Assembly: GCA_951406725.2 (NCBI GenBank)
Contig: OX597817.1
Coordinates: 90,520,001 to 90,584,000 of the forward strand
Reading direction: 5' to 3'
Length of the DNA stretch: 64,000 nucleotides
Source: Octopus vulgaris
Lineage: Eukaryota
In this document: in pieces, positions 11,960 to 24,636 of the stretch
Position numbering within the stretch: position 1 is the first letter of the stretch
How the letters are laid out: every line of letters begins with the position of its first letter
Program-made: the position numbers and the translations under genes
Notes under the pieces: generated by a model
What the model was told of the DNA's origin: nothing
Seen by the model: the letters and a program-made list of their open reading frames with translations, nothing else
The model's database searches: none

Positions 11960-13041
11960 TCCATCAACTGCCATTGGGGGGCAAGCTAGAGGCAGTAGAT
12001 AGCTTCTGGTATCTGGGTGACAGTGTTAGTAGTGGAGGTGGATGCTCCGAGAGCATAGCTGTGTGAATAAGATTAGGATGGGCAAAGTTCAGAGAGCTCC
12101 TACCCCTGCTAGTACCAAAGGGCCTCTCTCTCAGAGTGAAAGGCTGATTGATGCCTGTGTTTGAACAGCTATGCTGAATACCAGTGAATAGGCTTGAAAG
12201 AAATGAAGCCAGTATGCTTCACTGGATGTGCAATGGCAGTGTGCATGTTCGACAGAGTGTACGCATCTTGAGAGAAAAGTTAAGCATAAGAAAAAGTTAA
12301 GCATCAGATGTGGTGTGTAAGAGAGACAACTGTGCTGGTATGGTCATGTGATGTGTATGGACAAGGACAGCTGTGTAAAGAAGTGCCAGTCTCTAACTGT
12401 CGAGGGAACCTATGGTAGAAGTAAACCCAGGAAGACATAGGACAAAGTGGTGAAGCATGATCTTTGATCTTTGAGCCTCACAGAGGCAATAACTAATGAC
12501 CAAGACCTTTGGTGATATGCTGTGCTTAAGAGGACCCCTCAAGCCAAGTGCACCCGTGGTATATAAGGAACACCTTTCAAGCATTGGGCTTCACAGGCAA
12601 ATTGGCTGAGTTCCTTTTGAGTTTTGGGCTTCACAGCAGCATAGTGACTGAGTTCCTTTGAGCATTGGGCCTCACACAGGCAAAGCAGCTGAGTTCCTTT
12701 TGAGCGTTTGGCCTCACACAGGCAATGACTGAGATCTTTGGTATTATGTCACACTTGAGAAGAGGACCTATCAAGCCAAGCAAAATCGTAGTCGTGACAG
12801 ATACCCATGTCACGCAAATTGGCACCTAAGCTGGTGGCATGTAAAAGCACCTGTTACACACTCAGAGTGACTGGCATTAGGAAGGGCATCCAGCCATAGA
12901 AAACCATGCCAAATCAGACTGGAGTCATGTGCAACCTTCCAGCATACCAGCCTGGTCAAACCGTTCAACCTATGCCAGCATGGATAATGGACGTTAAATG
13001 ATGATGATGATGATAATGATGGTGATGATAATGATGATGAT
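11960..13041 (+). mobile_element. Degenerate 3' fragment of an RTE LINE with a (GAT)n tail
   Basis: Decayed equivalents of EVVDSF, WAKFRELLP, WYGHV and KTWDEVVKHDL, followed by the GGAAGGGCATCCAG tail motif and (GAT)n. Confidence 0.85.
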
Positions 13042-13479
13042 ATATATACACACACACACACACACACGCATTTTTACCTTTTACTTGTTACACTGGCACC
13101 AAATGGAAGAATCTTAGTCAAATGAATTGACTCCAGTGCTTATTTTTTCATGCATTTACAAGTTTTTCCTCTAAACTGGATTTACAGTAATGCTATAACT
13201 TTCAGTTCATTTAAAATTGGATTGAGTTAGAATGAGAGGCTCCATGTTCATGAGGCTTTGAGGTTCCATAGAATTTGTGAATTGAAGAGCTTGGAAGGAA
13301 ATATTAAAGAACTTGATCTTTCAGCCCAAATCAGACTTTTGACCCAAATCAGACTTTTAACCAGATCAAACTTTCAGTCTGATCAGACTTCCGGCCAGGT
13401 AGGACCTTTGGCAGAGTCAGTTTATTCTGAGATTTGGATGCTGGAAGATTTGCAGCTCAGCTACTCAATCTGAGAAACT

Positions 13480-13825
13480 TTGAATGGAAACATTCAGCAA
13501 GACAGTACTGGAAGCATCACTTTTCCAAATGGCTGTGGCATTTTAGTCAAAACTGTAGAAGAGTTGATTACCAAAGTTCACTCAAACATTGGATGTAATT
13601 TTCAAGCTCATGATTGGCTTTGAGAAAAAGCCAAACTTGCACCAAAGAATGAACCTGTTCAGGTTGTCAAATGGAAACTTAAGCAATCAATCAATACTGA
13701 GGAAAAAACTTATTTCTCAGTTGATACTCTTGTGGACCCCAATGAAGCTGTCAATTATCCAACTGAGTTTCTTAACTATTTGGCTCCTTCTGGAATGCCT
13801 TCTCACAAACTGACAATGAAAGTCC
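13480..13825 (+). mobile_element. Helitron PIF1-helicase remnant
   Basis: Manual translation gives ELITKVHSNI...HDWL*EKAKLAPKN and TYFSVDTLVDPNEAVNYPTEFLNYLAPSGMPSHKLTMKV, a typical Helitron helicase segment. Confidence 0.8.
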
Positions 13826-14387
13826 ACATGGAGTTTGGCTTTTAAGCTAGTAATTTATATCATCAACCCTTCCCAATCTTTATTGATATTACCTACCAAC
13901 CACTTTTCCATTTCCCTTATCTCTTCCCCCTCATAAACTCCTGCAAACTGCACTACTCTCCTCGTGCCTCTCATTACCACATTTATCTCATTGGATATAC
14001 TACCAGTTCATTCTCACTCTATCTCCTAAATGACGTATAGTTAATCTATAAGGTCCTACTCTATCACAACTTCTCTTACACTTTAACCTCCGTCTAATAT
14101 AAGGATGTACTACACCCTCATTGGGTTTTGTAGGCTTGCAAGCTGCATAGTAGCCTCAGTGCCAGCAACATGATAAAAGCACCCAGTACTAATTGTAAAG
14201 TTGTTAGTGTTAGGAAGAGCATCCAGACATAGAAACCATGCCAAAGCAGACACTGGAGCATGATATAGTCCTTGGCCCCCATCAAACCATCCTTGTCAAA
14301 CCATCCAACCCATGCTATCTACCAATTCCACTCACAAGGCTTTGGTCAGCCCAGGGCTACAGTACTAGACATTTGGTGAAAGTACCA

Positions 14388-14430
<43 letters not shown>

Positions 14431-14856
14431 TCCAACCCATGCTAGCATGGAAAGCGGACGTTAAATGATGATGATGATGATGATGATATATATATACACA
14501 TACACACACATATATAAACACACACATATTCACAAAAATACATACATACATACATGTACATATATATATTATTTATATTATTATATACGAACAAACATAC
14601 ATACATACATTCATACACATGTATGAAAAGATGAGAATTGTCTCCAGTACAAAAGAGAAACCAGCAGAGCTAGTGGGTGAGTGGAAGATGACAGGAACTT
14701 TGCCAGAAATAAAACACATACACATACATTCATACTGTAAGTGGGTGAGATATAGGAAACAGTGATGATGATGATGGTGGTGAGGGTGTGAATGTGAACG
14801 CCTAAATCTGGTAACTGTTAGGATTTGGTGAATGAGTAACAAGGAGAGTGAGACTC

Positions 14857-14913
<57 letters not shown>

Positions 14914-15454
14914 GTATGTGTGACATTTTGAGGAGGCTTGTGTGACATTTTGAGGAGGCTACAGCCGACAAAGAGGGATATGGTGGGAAAGATGTGAGTG
15001 GAATTCAGAAAGAGGGTCATTGAGGGAGAAAGACAAAGAGGAAGAAAGAGAGACAGACATAGAAAGAATTAAAAGAGACATTGATTTGATTCAGTGTCAG
15101 TGGAGATGGTGGAGAGAGACAAGTGATACCCAAAAAATAAAGAGGACATAAAGGGACAACTGAAATGTGGTGGTGCCGAGAGAACCAGACAGATAATGAG
15201 AGCTGTGTATGTTTGTGCTGTGTGCTTATGTGTGTGTGTGTGTGGGGGGGGGTCTCATGAAAAAGTTCGATTAATGCATTAACTGTGATTATCTATGCAA
15301 ACTGTAGGCAACAAACAGACTGGGGGGGGGTGTATTTAAAAGTAAAAAAAAAAAAGCAATAATCATAGAAGATAAATGCAATAACATTAGCCATGAGAAA
15401 TATTTGGAAGTTGGAAGATGTAGCCTTGGGGACCCTGTGTAAAGTGTGGGGTTG

Positions 15455-15840
15455 AGAAGACTCATTACTCTTGTTCAGGATATGGCCACCTCTCTAGTGC
15501 TGGTGCCACAAGAAATCCACTGCAGCCAATGAATAAAATATAAAGCTGAGAGGACCCTTTAGTCTTGTTGATAATATGACAACTTCTTTAGTATTGGTGT
15601 CACTATAAATCTGCTGGAGTTATAGTGTAAGGTAAGGAATCAAAAGGACCCTTTAGTCTTGTTGAAGATATGATGACCTTTCTTGTATTGGTACCACAAT
15701 AAATCTGCTGGGGCATATGTATAAAAGTAAAGAGTTGAAAGGACCTGAGGATAAGACAACATCTCTTGAGCTAGAGTCATGATAAAATGCATCCAGTACC
15801 CTGTGTAAAGTAGTTGATGCTAAGAAAGTCATCCAGTTGA
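15455..15840 (+). repeat. Degenerate ~95-bp tandem repeat (about 4 units)
   Basis: AGGACCCTTTAGTCTTGTTGA-like markers at about 15457, 15549, 15644 and 15739. Confidence 0.65.
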
Positions 15841-16067
15841 GAAAACAGGTAAGACATAGTGCTTTGATCCACCTAGAAACGCACTAATTCTGAATAAGAA
15901 TTTAGACCGAAGGAAAACCAATCAACCCATGAGTGTGTGTGTGTTGGGGTGGGGCGGGGGTGCAAGTGTGCGTAGAATACTTGTAATGGGAAAGGCATCC
16001 AGTGATAGAAAGCCAAAACCGAAATATATGAATGAGAAGTGGTAGTTGGTCAAGGAAGACAGTATAT

Positions 16068-18412
16068 ATCATCATCATCATCATCGTTTAATGTCCGCTT
16101 TCCATGCTAGCATGGGTTGGACGATTTGATTGAGGTCTGGCAAACTAGATGGCTGCACCAGACTCCAATCTGATCTAGCAGAGTTTCTACTGCTGGATGC
16201 CCTTCCTAACGCCAACCACTCCAAGAGTGCAGTGGGTGCTTTTACGTGCCACCGGCACGAAGGCCAGTCAGGTGGTACTGGCAATGGCCACGCTCAAATG
16301 GTGCTTTTTGTGTGCCACCTGCACAGGAGCCAGTCCAGTGGCACTGGCAACAACCTCGCTCCAATGTTTTTTCACATGCCACCAGCACAAGTGCCGATAA
16401 CGTGATGCAGGTAATGATCACGCTAGAATGGTGCTTTTTACGTGCTGTCAACATTCACGCTCTTATGGTACTTTCAGTGCTCCACTAGCTTGGATGCCAG
16501 TCATTGAATTTGATTTCAATTTCGATTTCACTTGCCTCAACAGGTCTTTGCAAACAGAGTTTAGTGTCCAACGAAGGAAAGGTACACATAAGTGGGCTGG
16601 TTACACCCCTGGCATAGGCCACAAGGTTATGGTCTCACTTGAGCTTGCCGAGTCTTCTCAAGCACAGTATATTTCCAAAGGTCCCGGTCACTAGTCATTA
16701 CCTCAGTGAGGCCCAATATTCGAAGGCCATGCTTCACCACCTCATCCCAGGTCTTCCTGGGTCTACTTCTTCCACAGGTTCCCTCAACTGCTATGGTGTA
16801 GCACTTTTTCACCCAGTTATCCACATCCATTCTTGCCACATGGCCATCCATACCAGTGCAATCGTCTCTCTTGCACACCACATCCAATGCTTCTTAGGTT
16901 CAACTTTTCTCTCAAGGTACTAAACACTGTTGAGTATGCACACTGTCATTACACATCCATCAGTGCATACTGGCTTTATTCCTTGCAAGCTTATGCATAT
17001 CTTCAGCAGTCATGGCCCATGTTTCACTGCCATGTAGCATGGCTGTTCATACACATGCGTCATACAGTTTAACTTTTACTCTGAGCAAGAGGCCCTTTGT
17101 CACCAGCAGAGGTAAGAGCTCTCTGAACTTAGCCCAGGCTATTCTTATTCTAGCAGCTACACTTTCAGCGCACCCTTCCCCACAACTGACTTAGTCACCT
17201 AGGTAATGGAAGCTATCAACTACTTCTAGTTTTTCTTCCTGGAATGTGGCAGAAGTTGTTTTCTGCACATTTTCAGTGTTTATTGCTCCTGAGCATCTGC
17301 CACATACAAAAACTATCTTCCGAGTTAGCCTTCCTTTGATATTGCTGCACCTCTTATGTGTTCATAGCTTACACTGGGTACATCTTATAGAGTTTCTACC
17401 TATGCCTTTTTTACAGATTGAGCAGGGTCATCAACCTAAAGGGATTTGTGGTTTACCTGCCTTCCTAATTATTAGGACTTTGGTTTTAGCTAGGTTGACT
17501 CCAAGGCCCTTCGATTCTAATCCTTGTTTCCACACTTGAAACTTCACCTCTAGTTCTGATAGGGACTCAGCAATTAGAGCAAGGTTGTCAGCATAGAGGA
17601 GCTCCCAGGGGCATCCTGTCTTGAATTACTCCATTATTGCCTGGAGGACTATGATAAATAGGAGGGGGTTGAAGACTGAACCTTGGTGGACCCCTACCTC
17701 TACCCGGAATTCTTCCCTGTACTTGTTGCTAACCCTCACCTTATTGACAGCATCCCTGTACATAGCTTTCACAGCTCTCACTAACCATTCATCTATCCCT
17801 AGCATCCCAGATAAGGGATCAGGGGACCCTATCAAAGGCTTTCTTCATGTCAACGAAAGCCAGGTACAGAGGTTTATCTTTGACTAGGTATTTCTCCTGC
17901 AGCTGTCTTACCAGAAATATAGCATCAGTGGTGCTTTTCCCTGGCACGAACCCAAACTGCATCTTATCTAAACTGACTCTCTCCCTAATTAGTTGGGCTA
18001 TGACCCTCTCCGTAACCTTCATTACCTGATCCAACAACTTGATACCTCTGTAATTATTTGTATCTAAAGCATCACCTTTACCTTTGTAGCAGTTGACTAT
18101 TATGCTGCTACACCAGTCATTGGGTATGACTCCTTCATGTATCACCTGGTTAACTATACGGGTGACTAGGCTATAGCCGACACTGCCAGATATTTTGAGC
18201 ATCTCTGCAGTAATTCCTGATAAGCCAGAGGGTTCCCCTGTCTTCATACTCTTAATTGCTTTATCTACCAAGGAACTGTCAACTCAGATAGCTGCTCCCT
18301 CTGTTGGGTCGACATTTGGTAGATTCTCTTTCTCCCATTCATTTTCTTTATTGAGCAACCTTTCATAGTGGCGTCTCCAAACCTCTCTCTTTGCAGCCTC
18401 ATTTAGTGCAAG
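16068..18412 (-). mobile_element. 5'-truncated RTE LINE of the same family as the 59.4 kb element, with frameshifts, a deletion and a (GAT)n tail
   Basis: ORF fragments 17819-18271, 17626-17835 and 16627-16887 are nearly identical to the intact ORF. The 3' UTR ends ...CATGGAAAGCGGACATTAAAC(GAT)n. Confidence 0.93.
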
Positions 18413-18414
18413 AG

Positions 18415-18637
18415 ATTGTGTGTTGAGTGTATGGAGCAAATCCACTAACTGATAATTGTTTTATAGAAAGAAGATGGTATTAACCTTACAAAAGTGGGGA
18501 GGATAGTATATTTAGAGAATTATTCAATAAATATTCTACCTTCCCCCGGCTTTGAAAGGTTAATATCATCTATAAAACAATTATCATCTATAAAACAATT
18601 ATTATTATGGATTTTCTCTGTTCACTCAACACACAAT
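18415..18637. mobile_element. Palindromic MITE-like or foldback element
   Basis: Termini ATTGTGTGTTGAGTG / CACTCAACACACAAT, with imperfect pairing continuing to a centre near 18520. Confidence 0.7.
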
Positions 18638-18801
18638 AGTATGAAAGTGTAGTGGTACATCTTTCTCCCACTGATGAAATTCAACTTTATAATGTTTTTA
18701 ATTATATTAATTAATTTCTGAAGTTTTTGAATCAAAACAACTGTCAGAGATGATGTCCATTAATTTTGTAATTAATAAATAATTATCAATCATCACACAC
18801 A

Positions 18802-18804
<3 letters not shown>

Positions 18805-18893
<89 letters not shown>
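18805..18893. repeat. Pure (CA)n microsatellite (~88 bp)
   Basis: Seen directly. Confidence 0.97.
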
Positions 18894-18897
<4 letters not shown>

Positions 18898-18940
18898 TAT
18901 TGCTTTATGTCACACAAATGAGAAAGTAGTGCTCAAAACA

Positions 18941-19061
18941 TTGTATAGGATGTGGGTTTTTTCTTTTATTAAAACCGAAGCTGTGAGTTTTGTCATAACT
19001 CAAGTTTCACTCAAAACAAACTCTCAGCTTTAGTTTCAATAAAAAATCACATCCTCTACAA
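18941..19061. repeat. Imperfect inverted repeat with ~45-bp arms
   Basis: TTGTATAGGATGTG..TATTAAAACCGAAGCTGTGAGTTT versus AAACTCTCAGCTTTAGTTTCAATA..CACATCCTCTACAA. Confidence 0.7.
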
Positions 19062-20199
19062 ATTGTAATGAATGCAGCCTTACAAGTAGATCTGGTAACC
19101 AGAAACTGAATAAAGCTTATTGTATATATATATATATAAATGTACACATGTAGATAATGTCATCATTATCGAACAACCATAACAAGCTGGCACAAGCCGA
19201 ATGGTTTAACTAGATCCAATTAGCCTGAAAGCTGTGCTGATCTCCAATGTCTACTTTTGGCAAGGTTTCTGTGGCTAGATGCCTTTCCAAACATCAACCA
19301 CTTTAGAGGGTGCATTGGGTGTTCTGTGTCAGGTGAGATGCTAAAATAGGAAAGAAAGAGCGGAACAAATATCTTGCTATAGGAGAGACATGGTTACCCT
19401 AGCAGAAAAGGGTGAAAGTATGGTGAAGATAAGGCGTCAGGTAATGCTCTTAAGGTTCAAGGTGGACAGAAAGAATAGAGGCAGAGAATCAGGGAAGGTA
19501 AGATGGGTATGCAGATTCATGAGAGTGTGAAAGTATGTGACTGATAGTAGAGATGAGGACAGAAGCAAAAGCAGAGAATGGTGAGCATGCACAAACCATG
19601 AACAATGGTTAAAAATATTTATGTTTATTTTGAGTGTGCCAGGACACCATATGGGTGGCATATGTTTGTTCTTTGAACAAAACTAATCACCTTAAAAAAG
19701 AGGTTTTTAAGTGGAAAAATATCTGGAGTTTACTGTTTTTATGATTTGGAGCCAATAAACGTATCACAGAACAAACTGTTTCTGCCCAAACAAAATAAAT
19801 AAAATGACAGACACACACATACCCAGAACCAAGGAAAGTATCTCTTGCACAAATTTACCTTCTTGTTATTCAAGCTGTATAATATTTTGCTAATCTATTG
19901 GTGCATAAACCACTTTCATCTCTTCCTAAAAATCATAGAGAAAATGTAGGTAGTGAGGTTGAGTGATATCATGAATCTTAGGAGAGGTTCTATTTCATCA
20001 GACAATAGGTTTTAAATGATCTTTCATCTGCTTTAAACTGGGTCAATGAATTCCTAGCATTTTTCTAGGAACAAATGATCTTATTGGCAGCAAAGACTAA
20101 AGTAGCCACAATGTCATCAAAGAATGTAATATCTGTGTTTCCACAGTTTCTTAAAATCATGCTTCTCTTTCAATGTTCCTGGACTGTTTTATTGTGTAG

Positions 20200-21515
20200 G
20201 AGTAGCTGAATCACTACCTGAGCTAGAGAAGAAGTTCTAGGTATGGAAACAAGGTATAAAATCAAAGGGCCTTAGAATTCTAAATCAAAGGATCTAGCAA
20301 AAACCAAAGTCATAGTTAATAGGAAGGCAGACAAATCACACATCCCCTCAAGTAGATGGCCTGGCTCAATCTGTAGAAATGGTGTAGAGAGGAACTCCAT
20401 AAGATACACCCACTGTAAGCTTTGGACACACAAAAGGTGCAGCAACATCAAAGGAAGGTTAACCAAGAAACTAACTTTTGTATGTGGAAGGTACACAGGC
20501 ATAATAAATGCTGCACATGTGTGGAAAATAGACTTCATCAACTGCCAAGGGGGGCAAGCTAGAGGTAGTAGATAGCTTCTGGTATCTGGATGTTCTGAGA
20601 GCATAACTGTGAGAATACAATTAGGTTGGGCAAGGTTCAGAGAGCTCCTACTTCTGCTGGCAACAGAGGATTTTTTGATACCTGGGTGCGAACAGCTATG
20701 CTGTATGGCAGTGAAACATGAGCTATAACAGCTGAGGACATGCATAGGCTTGAGAGAAATGAAGCACTGGATATGCAATGTCAGTGTGCATGTTCAACAC
20801 AGTATAGCATCTTGAGAGAAAACTTATGCATAAGAGGAATCAGATGTGTTGTGCAAGAGAGACGACTGTGCTAGTATGGTCATGTGATGTGTATGGATGA
20901 AGACAGCTGTGTAAAGAAGTGCCAATCTCTAACTATGGAGGGAACCTGTGGTAGAGGTAAATGCAGGAAGACATGGGACGAGGTGGTGAAGTATAGGCAA
21001 TGACTAATGACCAAAACCTTTGGCGGTGTGCTCTGCTTAAGAGGACCCCTCAAGTCAAGTGCACTTGTGCTGGTGGTATGTAAAAAAATCAACCTTTGAA
21101 CATTGGCCCTCATGGAGGCAAAGCTGAGTTCCTTTCAAGTGTTGGGCCTGACAGAGGCAAAGTGGCTGTGTTCCTTTCGAGCGTTGGGCCTCATGGAGGC
21201 AGAGTGGTTGAGTTCTGTTCAAGTGTTGGGCCTCATAGAGACAATGACCAGGACCTTTGGCATTATGCCATGCTTGAGAAGAAGACCCATCAAGCCGAGC
21301 AAAATTGCAGTCATGGCAGATACCAGTGTCACACAAATGGCATTCATGCTGGTGGCATGTAAAAACACCCTTTTCACTCTCAGAGTGGTTGACATTAAGA
21401 AGGGCATCCGGCCAAAGAGAACCATGCCGAACCAGACTGGAGCCTGGTGCAGCCTTCCAGTGTGCCAGTCCAGTCAAGCTGTCCAACCCATGCCAGCAAG
21501 GAGAACAGACGTTAA

Positions 21516-21571
<56 letters not shown>

Positions 21572-21573
21572 AA
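20200..21573 (+). mobile_element. Degenerate 3' fragment of an RTE LINE, including a PHD-finger remnant and a (GAT)n tail
   Basis: AESLPELEKKF, KTKVIV, CKLWTHKRC and WAKFRELL equivalents, with the same 3' tail as the other copies. Confidence 0.87.
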
Positions 21574-21779
21574 TGTTGAGTAGATTACAATGCTTCTAAC
21601 TGGCGACTGCTTATAAAAAAAAACAAAAGTAAAGCATTAAAGTCATGCTGCTTCATATTACATCTATTTTAGCCAGCAATACCAATTGTGTATTCAATAA
21701 GTCTAAAAGAAAATTACAAAACTCTCTCTCTGTTGTACTAGAACCAAGTAATTATGTTAAGCCTCATTGATATATTCAT

Positions 21780-22620
21780 GCAGAATTTAAAGTTATAGTC
21801 ACCTTAATAGAATAGTCTGGTCTCTGCATGTGTAAGAGAATCACAAGATGATAATGAACACTAATATGGACAAGAAATGGTCTCAAATGCAAGTCACAGA
21901 GCCTGGTCATTATAATATTGAGCATTCTTCATGGGGAACTAAAGGAAATGTCATCCTTTCTCTATTACATATTAAGTTAGTAAATGAGTCTTAATTAGTG
22001 ATATATCTCAAAGTGAATTCAGCTATAAACAATAGCTTAGAATATATTGGATTAAAGAACCCTTAGATGGAATAAGGTGGATAATTGCCAGAAGAACTGA
22101 AACTATGCATCTTCTGTAACCCAAACAGGCATGCCACCAAATCACTACTGTAGTTGTGTCCTAAATGTAAACAAATGTTCTCACTGGTAAGAAGAATAAA
22201 ACATTCTTAATATGAAGTTAGGCTTTTTCAAGCAGTTCATTAAGGATCTATGTAAGGGTTTAATACAAACTGCCCAATTTCTGCTGGTGCTAAAACAAAT
22301 TGAAGATTTTTGTAGGTCCTCAAACATGTAAACTGATAACAGTTGCTAAATAAGATAGCATTTAATGCCCTGGAACTCCTTTAAAGAATTATGCTAGGCC
22401 TTCCTTGACAGAAATTGTGCAGATAATTATGAGTGTATAATTTACTTCAAAACTATAAATCCTTGAGATGTAAAATGTCACTAGAAGTTCACTTTCTATA
22501 TTCTTATTTCCCATTTGTCCATGTATTTCATGAGCAAGTTGAAAAATTCCATCAAAATATTTCTGCTATTACAAAGATATCAAAGCAGTGAGAATTCATG
22601 TCAGCTACTGCTGGAATATG
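21780..22620 (+). pseudogene. Heavily decayed DNA-transposon transposase, probably Chapaev3-like
   Basis: Ordered remnants LHIKL, MKLGFFKQFIK, IFVGPQ, CKMSLEVHFL, EQVEKFHQNI and YCW with many stops and frameshifts. The superfamily assignment is from memory. Confidence 0.55.
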
Positions 22621-22869
22621 AAATATAACACCCCTGGTCAGAGCTTTAAACCTTGTAGATTGCTTTTAATCACTAATAGAGTAAAATATGATAAACTATA
22701 TTGCTAGAATATGTCAGAATAATATATAAACTAGGATACTACAAACAAATTTATGCTAAATTTTCAGATTTTAGGTGTAAATCTAGGCTTACATTTATAA
22801 TGTGATCAGCTAAATATATGGTTATTTGACTCGTAGGACAACCATATCTTTATATAAATCAAAATAATA

Positions 22870-23809
22870 AAGAAGAAGAAACAAAAGCTATAAAACAAAT
22901 GAAATCCAAATTAAAACTCGAACAGCAATGGACCATGATAAAACGATGGCAAGAAAAGCCCCTTCATGGCAAATACTGGACTAAACTAAATGCAAAAGAA
23001 ATAGACAAAGAAAATTCCCAGCAATGGTTGAGAAGCTCAGGACTCAAAGCAGAGATGGAAGGATTTTTAATTGCAGCAAAAGACCAAAGCCTCCCAACTA
23101 GAAATTACCAAAAACATATGATGAAAAGAAACATAACAAGTAACTGCAGAATATGTGGAGATGGACAAGAAACAATAAATCATATTATCTCTGGCTGCCC
23201 AGTCCTGGCTAAGAAGGAATAGATTCACGGACATGATAGAGTTGAGACCTACATACACTGGAAGCTATGCCAACATTATGGAATAACAACAGAAAAAAGA
23301 TGGTATAAGCATACACCAGAAAAGGTCACAGAAAACGAGAAAGCAACCATACTCTGGGATATGCCAATACACACAGATAGAGAAATTAAGGCCAACAGGC
23401 CAGATATAGTTGTCAGAGATCATGAAGAAAAAAAATGCTTTCTAATTGATGTATCAATACCAGCAGATGACAACGTATCTCTAAAAGAAATGAAGAAACT
23501 TTCAAAATACAAAGACCTGGAAATAGAGGTAACTAGAATGTGGAATCTAAAAACAGAAACAATCCCTATCATAGCAGGTGCACTAGGTATGATAAAAAAA
23601 TATTCAGAGAAATACATAACAAAAAAACCAGGACTTACAAACACATATAACATACAGAAAATTGCACTACTAGGCACTGCACACATCCTACGCAAAACAC
23701 TTTCAATACAATAACCATCAGAGCATCACAACAAATCACAGCACATACCCTAGGCACACAGAGCTGCACTCAGAAGTGAAGTGAAAGTACGCTATAAAAA
23801 TGAAACTAA

Positions 23810-23811
<2 letters not shown>
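22870..23811 (+). mobile_element. 5'-truncated R4/Dong-clade LINE (restriction-like endonuclease type) ending in (AAT)n
   Basis: KPLHGKY, DQSLPTRNY, the CCHC finger CRICG..ETINHIISGC, RPDIVV...LIDVSIP...KLSKYKDL (PD-D/ExK) and QKIALLGTAHILRK. One internal stop at 23220. Confidence 0.9.
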
Positions 23812-23870
<59 letters not shown>

Positions 23871-24120
23871 TAATCCTTTCTAATATAGGCACAAGGCCTG
23901 AAATTTGGGGGAGGGTTATAGTCGATTACATCGACCCCAGTATTTCACTGGTATTTAATTTATCAACCCCCAAAAGGATGAAAGGCAAAATCAACCTCAG
24001 CAGTACTTGAACTCAGAACATAGAAACAGATGAGATACTGCTAAACATTTTGGCCAGAGTGCTAATGATTCTACCAGTTCAATGCCTTAATAATAATAAT
24101 AATAATAATAATAATAGTAG

Positions 24121-24360
24121 TAGTACATGGAACAAATAGGGGTTGCAATAAAGTACATGGAACAAATAGGGGGTGCAATAAACTACATGGAATAAATAGT
24201 GGGTGTAATAAGGGTGGAGCACTTGCAGAAAAGAGCACTGCTTGGAACTGCTCAAATACACCAGATGGTGCTTGAAAAATAGGGGCTGTTAGCTTAGTTC
24301 CCTGATAGTGAACAGCTGGCACTGTTGAACATCTCCAGCATTAGAAGCTGTGCAAAGACA
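24121..24360 (+). mobile_element. 3' tip of a second R4/Dong subfamily, with a 30-bp triplication at its 5' junction
   Basis: Encodes IRVEHLQKRALLGTAQIHQMVLEK*, is preceded by three copies resembling GTACATGGAACAAATAGGGGTTGCAATAAA, and is flanked by (AAT)n. Confidence 0.65.
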
Positions 24361-24605
24361 ATAAATAATAATAACCATAATAATGATGGTTTCTAAATAA
24401 TACACAAGACCAACAACTTTGAAGTGGATAGTTAGTCATTACATTGTTTTTTGTAAGCCTAACACTTATTCTATCTGTTTTTTGTTTTTTTTGCTGAACC
24501 GCTAAGTTACAGGGGTGTAAACACACCAACATCAGTTGTCAATCAATGGTGGAGGTGACAAACACAAAAACACACACACATAAATATATATACAGACACA
24601 TACAT

Positions 24606-24636
<31 letters not shown>

